Below, in pieces: positions 12,801 to 26,571 of a DNA stretch of 64,000 nucleotides; the stretch's first letter is position 1, and every line of letters begins with the position of its first letter. The DNA is from Chara braunii (Eukaryota > Plantae > Charophyceae), in contig BFEA01000024.1 in the NCBI GenBank assembly GCA_003427395.1, positions 337,989 through 401,988 on the forward strand. Direction: 5' to 3'. Both the position numbers and the translations under genes were made by a program. The notes below the pieces were generated by a model. The model searched no databases and was not told the origin of the DNA. It worked only from the letters and a program-made list of their open reading frames with translations.

Positions 12801-13828
12801 TGTTGGCATTCCCTGTATTCTTTATCAGCGAGAATTACCCATGGTGTAGCGTCTACGTTGTACAAAAACAGGGTCTGGATTCAATAGTTCTCAGTTTTAC
12901 AAGGACAGAGACTGTGCCAAGCAACCCAATGCGTTATACGTTAACAAAAGCGCTCACCCAAAACCTGCTGCTACATTCAATTAATAGTGATTTCCTAATG
13001 ACATCATAGCTAACAACAAGTTCTAAGCAACATGCAACCCTCAAGAATTCTGAGTGAAATGACAAGCAAGCATTCCTACCTATCTATCACCAGTGAGCCC
13101 CTAATTGCAAATAGTAACCCACACTGTCCCACAGTAAACCACCAACAACCGTTTTTTTAGTATTAGTCCTGGTTTTCTTAAAACCTATCATCCTTCTCCG
13201 TTCGTCTTGTCAGGAAACTGCAACAGACAAAATAAGGAAAAATCATGTATAGCAAGGACACCCTGGTGATGCTTTGCACCGTCTATTGAGACAAAGTGGA
13301 AGGCTGGGAAGAAAAGGTTATTGAGGACATCCTATCCCTCTTGAAGCCAATGAGGGAGCAGACACTCAAGCTAGTAAAAGCCCAAAAATTCATCGAGTAT
13401 TCATTTATTTTCACAGACCAGATGAGAAGTTGCAGAATACTTCCTCATCCATTGAGGTTGTCGAACGAGCTAGGAAGATCGTAAGTGACCAGCTTTGAAC
13501 TTACCCCAACAATCATCTCCTAGGTCTAGTCTAATCATCTCAACTCAAGTAATCATCTAAGAAAGGATCATAGTACAGTTATGAATAGATAATTTCAGTC
13601 AAAGGCACAAGGACTTCTTTGAATTCTCAATTGGAGCGAGAAGAAGAGACAGGAAAGAAGAGTGTTTTGTGCACACAGCAAGAGAGAGCGGATAAGTGGG
13701 AATATACTGAGACACACTTTATTGCATTGTTTAAAGGTTAGATGAGAAAGAAACACTCACCATTATCAAGAGACTAACTATAATCGAGTGTACAGTGTAT
13801 TATCATGATCAGAACAGTGAGACAATCA

Positions 13829-14118
13829 ACAAGGTTGTCACGCGGGGGTCCCGAGGGCCAGAGTCGGGGTAGGGGTATCACCCCTGGACCCCCACTGCGG
13901 GGATCTCCGATCCCCACCCCCGCCAAATTACCCCTGCCAAATTACCCCCACCCCTACCCCAACCCCGGCACCCCTGCTCCCGGCCCGCACCCCCGCCCCC
14001 NNNNNNNNNNNNNNNNNNNNNNNNNNNNNNNNNNNNNNNNNNNNNNNNNNNNNNNNNNNNNNNNNNNNNNNNNNNNNNNNNNNCCTCCACCCCCGCCCCC
14101 GCACCCCGCACCCCACAC
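13829..14118 (+). repeat. GC-rich dispersed repeat (MITE-like family; other copies near 14977, 61118, 63898)
   Basis: Shared head (TGTCA)-cGCGGGG-TCC-AGGG-CCGAGCCGGG followed by CCCCG/CCCCA runs; this copy spans an N gap. Confidence 0.5.
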
Positions 14119-14395
14119 CCCCACATCGATGTGCTCGACCGGTAGCGAAATAACAGGAGATAATCTCAAATTCCTACAAACAATTATGTTCCTACTTTTG
14201 ACTAGTCTGAAACAGATTGCGATGCAACAAGGAATAATTACTACCTATCTGCAGTTGTCTGTCAGTTGTTAGCAAATTCCGTTACAAGTTACAACTAACT
14301 AATAAAAAATAAATATATATATTTTTTTAAAGGCTAATTTTTTAAGCCCAACCAATTCAATTACCTCTCGAATCTGGACATGATGGCCTTTCAAG

Positions 14396-14777
14396 CCTTT
14401 TTTATTGTCATTATAGTATTACGGGGAACCTCGTAGCAGCCACATCCGTGCTCAAGTCTCCAACGAGGGAACATGCGGGAGCTGCACCCACCAGCAGGTG
14501 CGACATTTGCTAAAGCAGGTGGGCGATATCGGCCAGGGGTCAGCCGATAGCATCAGGACCGAGCTTCTGAGATGGACCAGTCACTGTGCCTGCCCTCCGA
14601 TCCCCTCCCCTTATGAATATCAACAGTCTCTACTCAATGCCACTCGGGGGGACCAACGACATATCTCTAGGTGGCGGGTGCCAAGCTTGCCCAAGAAGGT
14701 GCATGAGGCCAATGGGGTTTGAACTCAAGACCTCCTGAATGCCACTTGCGCGCCTTACCAACTGAGATAGGCCGGTC
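14396..14777 (-). mobile_element. tRNA-derived SINE
   Basis: The minus strand reads GGCC-TATCTCAGTTGGTAAGGCG (A box)...GGAGGTCTTGAGTTCAAACCCC (B box), then a ~300-bp body and an A-rich tail (AATAAAAAA). The cloverleaf stems are degenerate. Confidence 0.6.
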
Positions 14778-15564
14778 AGTTAAAATAAAAATAAAAATAA
14801 AATTATTTGTTGGTGTGCATGCAAAATGGAATTTTACAATAATAATATATAATTGAATTGTTTACTGGAATCTTCCCTCCCCCTGTATCCTTCTTGAGTT
14901 GTCAGTTGCGTCAACGTCCTGAAGCTCTGGTTCAATGTCATGTCTGAAGGTGTGCAATCGACCCATTTTTATGCCCCACGCGGGGGTCCTAAGGGCCCGA
15001 GCCGGGGTAGGGCACGAGTTGTGTATCCCCGCTGGAGTCTCTTTATAGACAGTCCGGTAATTGTCTCTCCCTCATAGAGTTGGCCTGCCTGACATGACCT
15101 CTACAGTGCAGAATGCAGACCAGAGGACAAGTTGCAAAGCATGCATGTACTAGTCTATGTATCACCCGCAGTCGTGGCCGCGGGGTCAGGCTCGGAGGGA
15201 AGCCATGTTCACGGCCGCATAGCGGCCACGTTTTTCATGGATTTTTCTCGTCGAAAATAATAGGCAAAAAAAAAAAAAGCGGGGGTGTAGGGTTTTTCAA
15301 ACCGTAGAACCCCAAATATTTTTTTTAAGGAAACAATGAATTTTATGAAATTATAAAAAATAAAAAACAAAAAAGGCGGAGAAAAGAAATTAAAAAAAAA
15401 AACAAAAAAAAGAAGTTTTTTTCTTTTTGAGATTTTTGGTTGGCACAACTTGGCAGTTCTTTGTCTTCTTCGATTTTATGGTTTTTTTTTTTATAATAAG
15501 TAAAAAATCAAGGAATGAAAAAATAAAAATAAAAAATAGTATTGTTATTTCGCAAGGACGATTA

Positions 15565-15566
<2 letters not shown>

Positions 15567-15646
<80 letters not shown>
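15567..15646. repeat. (GT)n microsatellite
   Basis: Direct read. Confidence 0.95.
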
Positions 15647-15649
<3 letters not shown>

Positions 15650-17867
15650 AAATATATGACAAAAAAACATTGCGACGTATCGTAGCGAGTTGTGATTCAC
15701 ATGCGTGATGCCGACATACCGAAATGGAGAACCAGATATCGAGCAACAGGGATTTCGTATTCATGAAAAAAATAATCTAGTGCGCATCGATAAACCCATT
15801 AACTCGAATATATTTGGCTTGCGATTTGCTTAACCAGAAACCTTACTAATTCGAAAGAGGATGAAGCAAAACCGATTGGCATGGGGGTGGCTAAAATAGT
15901 AGAATAGGAGTAGGGAAGATTTAGGAAAATTTTTGAAGCGGAGTAAAGACAAGTCATAGAGAGGAGAGGAAAGAGGGATTTACACGATTTATTTAATAGA
16001 CGATCATGCACGAAATCCACAGATCATTCAAACCAGAAGACTACCTTTATTAGTTGCCAACAATATACTCCATTTTTAGAAGAAAAAAAACACATGGGAT
16101 TGTTTCCTTAAACAACGTCAAAAAGCCAACAGATAAGCAAAATCACAAGCAACTTCAAGGATTTAATCACTGGAGCGTAAGTTCCCGCAAGAAAATCCCA
16201 TTTATTCAGAAGTAATTATGCACAAAGTAGTTGCTCCATACGAACCTCCTCACTTTAGAAAAGGGGAAGGTAACAAAAACATCTACTGAAACTAATCCAC
16301 ATTCCAACAAGTAATCACGAAACAGACTCAATTCAGATCTACGCTCCACTAGATACAATTTACATGGATTCAGTTTCCCAAAAACCCCATCATAAGTAGT
16401 GTGTAGTTATAACCCTTGCACGAATCAAGATTACAACAAACCATGGTTGGAGCGTAGCTTGCAGCTGCCCATTCAACGTGAAAAAAATTCGGATATGTAC
16501 GAGAGCTCGTTGTTCCGATAGATGGAAAAAAGCTCCTCTAATTTGCAAAAGCATAGACCATCAGGCGATCATTACGATCCTATTTCCTATCATGGGACCT
16601 TGCGCACACATCAATCCCCGACGTGCTCCAAATGACCACTGAAATGCCCAGAAGACTCCCCCACAAGCCCTTATTCACCATTGCTATACACAGGAGAACT
16701 AGTCATGGTGATAGACTGTCGAGCAGCAATCCCAACGCACATATCATCCCCCTTCCCTCCTCATGCGCAATGCTGAATTGCCCATTCCAAGTATGCGTAC
16801 GACAACGATTTTTTAGTCCACCCCAAGCATAAAAGGCGATTCCCACTACGAGCATAGGAGGTGGGATCCATCTAATTGCATCTGAAAGAGTATCGGTCGG
16901 GCATTGCCCCTGGCCGCGAGCAAACTCGACCAAGTTGGACGGTGGAAGAATGGACATTGCGCAAATCACTGCTACAAAAAGTGCTCCCAATTATACAGAG
17001 GATTAGACGAACGAAAGACATTGTCACAAAAACAACCATCCCAACAATTCTACGCGGAACACCTCCGAATCTGCTTAGCGACTATTGTGTAGTTCCAAGA
17101 GCAGACTATACAAGCACAACAGGATCGATTATGAACTGGATCCAAGAACATGAAGAAGGCCAGAGTGGCGAGAAACATGGCGATGATCGCGACGCAGGCA
17201 GTAGTGTCCATATCCTACTCCTTGTAGACGAAGCACGTTCACTTCAGTCCAGAAGATGAGAGCAATTCCTATGCACACTCACAACGAAGACATTCATAAA
17301 AGGCAGACAATCAAGGTTAGGTAGTATCAACAAAGATCAGGGGAGGGGGGTAATGGGTGGGAGATATTTTTTTGAAGATCCCAATTCGGACAAGCGGCCC
17401 CTTCTGTGTCGACGATATATGTAAGGGTATCAGTGGAAATTCCCTAAGGCTTTTTCGCCAATAGCCACTAGATTGGCTCATCAGGGGGAAGAACTACCCT
17501 TCGTTGTCGTTCCGAAAGGGAGAGAGTTATAACATGGGGGAGGTAGAAAAAGGGATAGTGGAAAGGTCATGAAAGGAGAGGGGGGTGGAAGAAAGGGGGA
17601 GGGTTGAAGGGTACAACGATTTCGTTACCGTAGCAGATCCTGTAGTGGATGAAGACGATGCACTCATCGTAGATGTCGAGCAGTGGTATTGCTATGGCGA
17701 ATCCCTTGGTTCAACAAGATATGTTGGCAGAACTGAAACAGAGAGATGTGGAAACTTTCGACCGACTGAGGTTATCTGCGATGGGGAAACTCGAGACGTT
17801 ATAGCATTACGTCGAGGTCCAATCAGAGAATGAGGGCAAGCGAGAGCGAAAGAGAGTGGGAGAGAGT

Positions 17868-17869
<2 letters not shown>

Positions 17870-17934
<65 letters not shown>
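17870..17934. repeat. (GA)n microsatellite
   Basis: Direct read. Confidence 0.95.
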
Positions 17935-17936
<2 letters not shown>

Positions 17937-18418
17937 TTACATGCCCAGTTGGGCGATGTACATATAAAACCAATGATCCGCAATGTGATGAAAAGGACTG
18001 AATGGACAATGCAGTGCAAGTATAATCTCAACAAGCAGCGTACACCCTGATACATAAAAAATGGTGTTTTATTGCGCAGTGGAAGATTTAGATACAAGTC
18101 GTGATCTGACCGGGACTGGCCTCTTTCACGTAGTACAAGATAGCGAAGCAGAATGCTAGAATACTAATGACTAGCCCAATCAACGTTTCAACGCAGACCC
18201 CACATACATCATTCTCATCACAAGTGTGAAGGGGCCTGGCGCTATACACAGGAAGAAGGCGCCAGGTCCAGATCATGCACAGACGAAGAGGAGGGGATCA
18301 GAAGGAGAAGAGGAGGGCAGAGATGGGAAATTCGTCAACACCAAGTCCCGTTACAAGTCCCAAATAATCCCTCGTCAAAATGTCTGAAGTACAATGTCGA
18401 GTCTGGATCCAAATGTCA

Positions 18419-18518
<100 letters not shown>

Positions 18519-19104
18519 TCTGCTGATGCAGTGAAGTTAGATAACGAGAGAGTGAGAGGGAGATGATGGACTGAGAAGAGGAAGAAGAAGAATTGTCTCT
18601 CTCTCGTATGCCAGGTACTAGCCTGTGAAGGTGGCGCTGTGCTGCAGGTACCTCGAAGACGAAGCTGGAGCGATGGCGCTGCAGGTAAGTCCCTCTGGCC
18701 TCCGCCTAATCTCTCTCTCTATAGTACTACTCTAGCTGCTATGGCGCCCAGCGCTGAAGACTACAGCTAACGCTAGTAGCGCCCATCGCGGGAGACTACT
18801 GCTAACGCTACTACTACTCTTGCAGCGCTCCTCCAGAGTGCTGCTGCCGAATCCTAAAGACTACCTCCTGCCTCCTGAACTGCACGTGAAGTGTCTGGGA
18901 AGTACCTAGGATCTACCTCCAGCCTGCAGGTCAGGCCAGTTTTATATAGTGCTGGCACGTCTAGGAGGCTTCTCTTGTCAATGCCAAAACGTGCCAGATC
19001 CCGGGGTTGAAGCTCAAACAAAGGTTGTCTTGAAAATATCCAAAAATGGCCTGAGCTAAAACCGTGGTCTGGTGCTTGAGTGTCAGGGCAGGTCGATCTT
19101 ATGA

Positions 19105-19340
19105 GGGCCTGAAAATGGCCCTCCGTTTCAGGCTGAAAAGACTAAGGGCCGGAAAGGCCCTGATTTAGGCTGAAATGACACAGGGCCTGTAGACCCTTGT
19201 TTTCAGGCTTTCAGGCTGAAAACGACACAGGGTCTGTAGGGCCTTGTTTTCAGGCTTTTATGCTGAAAACAACACGGGGCCTGTAGGCCCTTGTTTTTAG
19301 GCTTTCAGGCTGAAAACAACACGGGCCTGAAAATGGCCTG
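19105..19340. repeat. ~47-bp minisatellite, about 5 units
   Basis: TTTCAGGCTGAAAACRACAC-GGGCCTGTAGGCCCTTGTTTTCAGGCT repeated at ~19164, 19209, 19256 and 19303. Confidence 0.8.
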
Positions 19341-19364
19341 TGCAGCCTGTTGCAGGTGCAGCAT

Positions 19365-19367
<3 letters not shown>

Positions 19368-19450
<83 letters not shown>
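19368..19450. repeat. Compound (CA)n(GA)n microsatellite
   Basis: Direct read. Confidence 0.95.
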
Positions 19451-19454
<4 letters not shown>

Positions 19455-19757
19455 ATGTGTGCACGTTACGTAAAGCCGACTACCGTTGAGAGAGGAGCGT
19501 TCAAGATGCCTGAGCGCTATCCCTCCGGTGGCAGCCGGCCATCTGAGAGGGTTGACGATCTCAATGTAATCGAATAAATAGTTCACTCCGTCGGAAGATG
19601 TGTCCAATCGACAAGTGGTGAGACTAACGCGAGACCAGCATTTGCAAATATTTGGAAGCCGTATCCCCCTATTTTTTGAACCGGCACCCTTGTTGTGAGG
19701 GGAGCACTTATTCCTATTGGGGGGTACCCCTGTATCATAGAAGCTAGGTACCCGTAG

Positions 19758-20700
19758 TGCAGTAACTCGTGTTCTGCAGCAGTCTGGGCCTCGAACGGAG
19801 CCCATACTACACAGGCCAAACTCGGCCTGTGCCAGGCAGTGTGACCACGCACTACCCTGGGAAAGTCAACAATCTAAGTCAATAGTCAAACGTACCACGC
19901 CCAGGCCCTTGGTTGGATACGCTCACTTGTTGTGCGCAGGTACCCAGATAGCATCAAGGCCACAGGGAGTTCGGTTTCAGGCCTATCTGGGCCGTCATTT
20001 GCCTTGAGATCTCGACGGCCGAGGGAAGCAGCAACTGGGGCCAAGACCCCGCATCAACGCTACATAAGCCTGGACCTCCTGGCTTGGAGAACATTTTGTC
20101 TTGCGTCAATGCTGACTTTACGCGTTGACTATGACGCTAGCGCGACGCTGCGATGCTAGCTGGATGCTGGCTCTACGCTGGCACTTGAGCGACTACGGCG
20201 AAGTGCTGCTGGCTTGGCATGGTGGCTGGCTGGCAATTGTCTTCTGGGCAGGCNGACGTGGCAGCTGCCACACGCCACCGTTGACGTGGCCGCTGCCACA
20301 TGTATTGTTGTTGACGTGGCGAGGCTACGTGACTGACATTGCTGTTCTGACTCATCATCACTCGGGAAGAGATCGTAACTGTGGGGCGACTGTAGATATG
20401 TACCTGATTTTCTTGACGTCGACATTGCTCCAGTTTGCTGATGAGGACAGATTGACGTGCCACGTGACACATTGTGATAGAACTTCAGATTCACGTTCAA
20501 ACTATTGATTATTGAGGTGGCGATCAAGGAGGGAGCCCGAAGCAGCTAAGTCTATTCTCCCTTCTCTCTCCTTCGTCTGTGTATGTTTTCCCATCTCATT
20601 CTATCTGGACACGACTATGTTTATTGACAATCATCAACAGGTTGATATCTATCTGGGTTTGTATTGTTGACAAGTGTCTTCACGATCTGGGTTCATTGCA
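19758..20700 (+). repeat. 5' LTR of element 2 (943 bp)
   Basis: TGCA...TGCA termini, followed by the PBS; ~92% identical by eye to the copy starting at 53142. Confidence 0.92.
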
Positions 20701-20703
20701 ATT

Positions 20704-20715
20704 TGGTATCAGAGC
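20704..20715 (+). promoter_or_regulatory. Primer binding site, tRNA-iMet (element 2)
   Basis: Perfect TGGTATCAGAGC. Confidence 0.92.
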
Positions 20716-21910
20716 TGTACTTTCGATGATGTGACTGATGACGATGACATGTACAGAATGATGACGAAGAAATGGTGACGCCTACAGAAGAGTTGACGTG
20801 GATAAGTTTGGAAAAGCGCACGTCGGGTGCTGACGTGGCATTGGTATCCCAACAAGGGAAAGTCCAGCAGGATCGCGCTGCGATCCAGATCCCGATCGAT
20901 CGCATCTGTGATCGGGATTGTTGAGGAGGCCGGTGATTGTTGAGGAGTGTTGACGTGGCATTGCCGATTCACCACTCGTCTACTGTGGTGAGTAGCTTCA
21001 GGATGACGTGGCATTGTCTGACGTGGCACTCCATTACCTGGCTGACGTGGCAATGTACGACGCGCCGATAATGCTCCTGACGTGTACCCCACTGATGATG
21101 CTGACTGGACTATAGTGCTGACGTGGCAGACTCAAAGCGTTGTTGTGTTGGCACACCAGGGGATACACGTGACAGGCAGGAACGTGACTTACTCGACGAC
21201 GACATCGACGCACATTGCTGACGTGCACCCCTTTGATGACCTTGACTAGACATGTTGACGTGGCATACTCTTCGAGTTGCTGTGTTGGCATGCCAGGGGT
21301 GACATGTGGCAGGCACGGATGTGCCTAAGTAACAGTTGCATTCTGATGACTGAAGCGGCACGGCTGAAAGACTGACGAGGTTGTGGTACTAGACGTCAGA
21401 TTGGGTGTTGATCACAAAGGACCGAAGAAGAAGCAGCAGCAGGGGAAGAACGCTAACTATTGTTGTGATTTTGTTGGCAGACTCACCTTTTGTCTTGTGC
21501 TGTGATGTGTGCCTGTGTACTTACTTGTGTGTGTTGATGATCATGCTGGCCTGAGTTGCGGTACCTGGAATAGAATAGAACGTCATCACATTGAAATAGA
21601 ACAACAATCAGAATTAGTAAAAATTTATGTTCCTTGTTATTAAATCTTTCTATTGAGACAGTATATTGGTTTGGGTGACCGTTAAGTTATTGTCTCTTTT
21701 ATTTAGTTTGCGGAAGACCAACTTGGCCGAGGTTTGTGACCACCTTTTGGAAATGTCTCACTTCTGAAAATGTTTGCAAAAGTCTATTCTGACGAGGTTC
21801 ATGACCACCTTCTTCTTTCCTATACCGATCACGCTCTCCGTGGGCGATGGACCGTCTGAGCTTAAGACTAAGACGCACGTTGAGAACAGGAAACAGGAAC
21901 TGTTGACCTT

Positions 21911-23574
21911 ATGAATCAGTTGTTGACTGAAATACATCTATCCGGACCGGATGCTGAACAACACATATGCGATAGATTTGATTTGCAGACGGCTGAGGAC
22001 CATCTGAAGAAATATATCACAGCTGTGGAGGTTGTGGCAGCCGGGACCGAAGTCTCCAAAATGGTTGCCCAGTATCGTCAGGCGTTGTACTTGTTTGGCC
22101 TGAAATAGTTGGAAGAAGTAATGGAATTGACTCGTAAAGGCGATACTAAACTAGAAGTAATCGAGGCTACAATTTATGCAAACATCTAGCAATTGAAAAA
22201 AACGCTGGCCGCGGAAGAAAGAAAGAAAGAAGAACTGGCTAGAAGGAGAGAACAGGAACAGAGAAGAGAACGAAAAGTTAAGGAAATCAGACAAGTGATT
22301 GGAACAGAAACTGGGGAACAAACAGACATGTCTCATATGTTGTCTCATATTATGACTTACCTTACCTTCTTGGAAGAGAAAATTGACAGATAACAAACTC
22401 AATTAGATGTGATTGTTGTAGGATTACGAACCATCGCAAACATTGTGAAAGGAATGAACCAGATAGAGGGTAAGGAAGAAGATGGACAAGAAGAAAAGAA
22501 GATAAGAAAGAAGTGAAGAAGTTGATGGGAGATTCTATGAAGTCTGCTGGTGCGCCAATTAAGACGACAACCAATGAGAATGGACCATCGAATTCATCGT
22601 CCTCTCCGTCTAACTCCTCTCATTCGTCTCCTCTCTCGTTCTTCGACAATTCCGGACAAGACAAGTGCAGAACCGGAGAAGTCAAATGAGAAAGGGAAAG
22701 TGAAAATGAAGTTGTCTTTCACATTTAGTAATAAGAAAGATGAGAGTCTGCTTCTATGGATTGCTGAAATCCAAACGTATGTTAGCACTGCTCCGGTCGA
22801 ACTGGAGTCCCAAGTTGCATTCACCACCTCTTGTATGGGAGGTGAGGCCAAACAGTGAGTGTTGGCTGAGGCCAACGCCGCGGGGTTCGAAGACATCGGC
22901 GAGTGGGCAAAGACCTTGACCCTGAAACAGTTTTTGGTTAAGATCAAGGACCGTTTACTCGACAAGACAACGACCGACAGCAGGTTCCAGGATTGAACCT
23001 GCAAGACAGCCAAGTGTTGTACATCTACTCCCGCGCATTGCCTGAACCCATCCGGGGACACCTGGTTGCCGAAGCAAAGTCAGGTAAGTATAACTATATG
23101 CAATTTCGAGACCGCGCTTTGCAAAAGGAGCAAATGACTTCTCAAGTCAAAAACTCCTATGCAGCTGTAGTTAAGACTGGAGGAGGAGGGGAGGGGAAGA
23201 CGTATGATGGTAAACGAATTCTCTGGCGACAAAAACGTCGGGACCACACCCTTGTTGTGTTTGATGATGACACAGTGGAAAAATGGCCGATAAAAGATGG
23301 GAATGAGAAGGATAATAACAGTGATTCCGAGAAGGGGGAAGTCACTGTTGTTGTGGGCACCAGGGGAGGGCCACCCAGAAATTCCATAAGGAAGAAACCA
23401 CTCGCGTTTCCGTGGCACCCTGACATTGCCGAGGGGAAGCCGTGGTTGAAGATGTGGATGACTCGTGAGACTTGGCAGGAGCGCATGGACAACGCGCAAT
23501 GTCTTAAATGCGGCACACCAGGACATGTGATAGCACACTGCGCAATGATTAGAAACCCAAAAGCGAGCAACTAG
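21911..23574 (+). pseudogene. gag: gag of element 2 (stops and frameshifts)
   Basis: Coiled coil, KLSFTF..LLLWIAEI..SCMGGEAKQ gag core, CLKCGTPGHVIAHC knuckle. Confidence 0.85.
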
Positions 23575-23636
23575 TAGGAGTAGCATCTGCACCTACTCAG
23601 ATAAAGGGTAAGGACGAACAAACAGGTAAGGCGCCT

Positions 23637-26571
23637 ATGAACCCTTTCTACCCTTATTCTCATATGGCAAAGGATGATTCTTCCTTAGCCCATCATCCAG
23701 ACCGCCTTGACGTTGTCTTATGTTCTCTCTCTCTGGATGACTCCTTTGATGAGTTAGGTAATGAATTGCTAGCCTTACGTAGCTCATGGGCTCGAAAAGC
23801 AAAGTCTAAGGGCGAATTATTGTTTGCAGAGGTAGAAATCGCACGATCACGAGTGAGTGCGTTGTTGGACCCCGGATCGACGAGGTCCTACAAATCCGAG
23901 AAAGCAATCCGCAAGTTGCATCTCGGAATGAAGGTAAAAGACTTGTCTTGATCAATCACGTCTATGTTAGCAGACAAGAGTACGATCACAGTCTCTAGTA
24001 TGTTGATTGTATTAAGTGTCAGTTTAGAACAAGAGAAGGGAAGAAGATTATGAATGAGTTATCCTTCCTAGTTGAAAACAAATTGCCTTTTGATCTCATT
24101 CTGTGTATGGACTTGCACGAGGAAGCCAACCTAGATATTGACTTCAAAGACAAGGTTGTGCAACTTAAAGATGCGCAATCTAAAATGAAACTTATCAAAT
24201 TGTATCATAAGTATGACTCTGATTCCAGTTTGTCTTTTTGTTGTATGAGTTATCAAACTTTTCGTTTGATGGTTTCTAAGAAGAGGTTGGAACAGAAAGT
24301 TATGATGCTGTTGGTAAATAAAGTCGGTAAGTCTTCTTCTTCTTGCCCTCCAACTATTGAAAGTCTTGTCTCCGAGTTTAAGGATCTGTAAACCGAACCT
24401 TCAGGAATCACGGAACGTGCTATTAAGCACACCATTGAAATCCATCCCGGGAGTAAGATTCCCAAGGACCCTATTTACCGAATGTCTCACAGGGAACTTG
24501 AGGAATTGAAGAAACAACTTCAGGACCTTACTGACAAGGGATGGATTCGCCCTAGCTCATCTCCCTACGGTGCACCTGTCTTGTTTGTGCCCAGAAAGGA
24601 AGGTGAACTGCGTCTTTGCATTGACTATCGAGGTTTGAATTTCGTCACTGTCAAGAACGCGAACCGCTTCCTCGCATTGACCACTAACTTGATCAACTGC
24701 AGGGTTGTAAGTATTTCTGTAAGATTGATCTAAAGTCTGGTACCATCAGATCGAGGTGGAACCTGCGGATCAACATAAGGCTGCATTCCGGACAAGGTAT
24801 GACCATTACGAGTTCGTGGTAATGCCTTTCGGATTGACAAATGCCCCTGCGACCTTCCAACGATTAATGAATGAATTGTTTCGTCAATGGCTGGATTAGT
24901 TCATTATTGTTTATCTTGATGATATTCTCGTGTATAGTAAAATGTTAGAAGATCACGAGAAACATCTTTGTCTAGTGTTAGAGAAGATGCGAGAAAACAA
25001 CATTAAGATAAACCCAAAGAAGTTTAAGTTTGCTAAGTCCGAAGTCTTATACTTAGGTCATATAGTGAACGAAGAAGGTCATAGACCAGAAAAAAAAAAG
25101 ATATCAGCAATTCGAGATTGGCCACGACCTAAGTCTGTAACTGAACTACGATCTTTTCTTGGTTTGGCAAGTTACTATAGAAAATTCGTCAGAAATTTAT
25201 CACTAATCGCCGCACCAAGGAGAAGATTGTTAAACAAAGGAACTATCTGGTTGTGGGATAAAGACTGTGAGTTTTCCTTTAAGAAGATAAAGTATGCTAT
25301 GACTCACTATCCTATTCTGAAAATTGTTGATCAATCACTTTCCTATATTGTCACTACTGATGCCAGTCAGTGTAGAATTGGCGCAGTCCTTCAACAGAAC
25401 GACGACAATGGTTATAGACCAATTGGGTTTATGTCTGCACGATTGCCATCGGAAAAAATTGCCCACTCCACTTATGAAAGGGAATTGTATGCCTTAGTCT
25501 GTGCACTAGACACATGAAAACACTACTTGTTAGGGGGACACTTCACTGTGTACTCAGACCACTCGACGCTGAAGTGGATAAAAACACAACCTAAACTTTT
25601 TGATAAGTTAGTACGATGGTCTGCATTCATTGATACTTTTGATTTTGAGTTGAAAATTATCAAAGATAAGTCTAATATGGTTGCAGATGCGTTGTCCAGA
25701 CGATGTAATTTATTTGATGTTATTTTTTCTTATTTGGATATTGGGAATGATTTAAAAGATAAAATTTGTCAAGGATATGCTACCGACCCTATCTGGAAAC
25801 CTATCAAGGATGTCATTGTGAAAGACCCAACTTTACTTCCCAACTATAGAATAACCGATGGTTTGCTTTTCTGGTTAGACCAAACGGAACAGAGATTGTG
25901 TATTCCTCACAAGGAAGAACTTAAAAGTTTGTTGATTGGGGAATGTCACGACACTGAAGGACATTTTGGTTTCAAGAAAACTTACGCTGAGGTTAGAGAA
26001 CGTTACGAATGGAAGGGATTGAAGGAAGACGTACTAACTTATGTTCGTACATGTCTGGTGTGTTAGAGAAACAAACCTTCAAATGAGAATCCACTTGGTC
26101 TTCTTAAACCATTACCTATTCCTAGCGAACCAGGTGAGTCTATCTCAATTGATTTTATGAGCCTCACCAAAAGTCGGAACGACAATAGTCAAGTAATGGT
26201 TATTGTGGATCGTTTCTTTAAATATGTCATGTTTATTTCCTTACTCGTAGAAGCGCGAACATAACTTGTCATACAAAAGTTTCAGATACGATGGGTGACT
26301 GAGTATGGTTTTCCTCTCTCTATTGTATCTGATCGTGATGTCCGGTTCACAAGTATGCCATGGCAAAAACTCCTGGAAGCATACGGTACACGATAGACCA
26401 TGTCATCAGGGCGACACCCTGAAACGAATGGACAAAATAAACAGATGAACCGTTTGTGTCGGCAACTTTTGCGTATGTATGTAAGGCCCGACCAGATTGA
26501 TTGGGACGAGAATTTACCTAAGATAGTAAGTGCATACAACATTAGTGTTCATATCACTACAGGGCGCACGC
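23637..26571 (+). pseudogene. pol: pol of element 2, 5' part (PR, RT, RH, N-half of INT)
   Basis: [49 protein letters not shown]...CLVC, SDRD, HPETNGQ. Confidence 0.92.

Noticed and set aside
14705-14777. Functional tRNA gene
   Set aside because: Acceptor and anticodon stems do not pair; a SINE head or pseudogene fits better.
15650-17830. Possible transposase or host gene (ORF 16876-17259 and the opposite strand)
   Set aside because: No catalytic motif, TIR or convincing splice structure could be identified.
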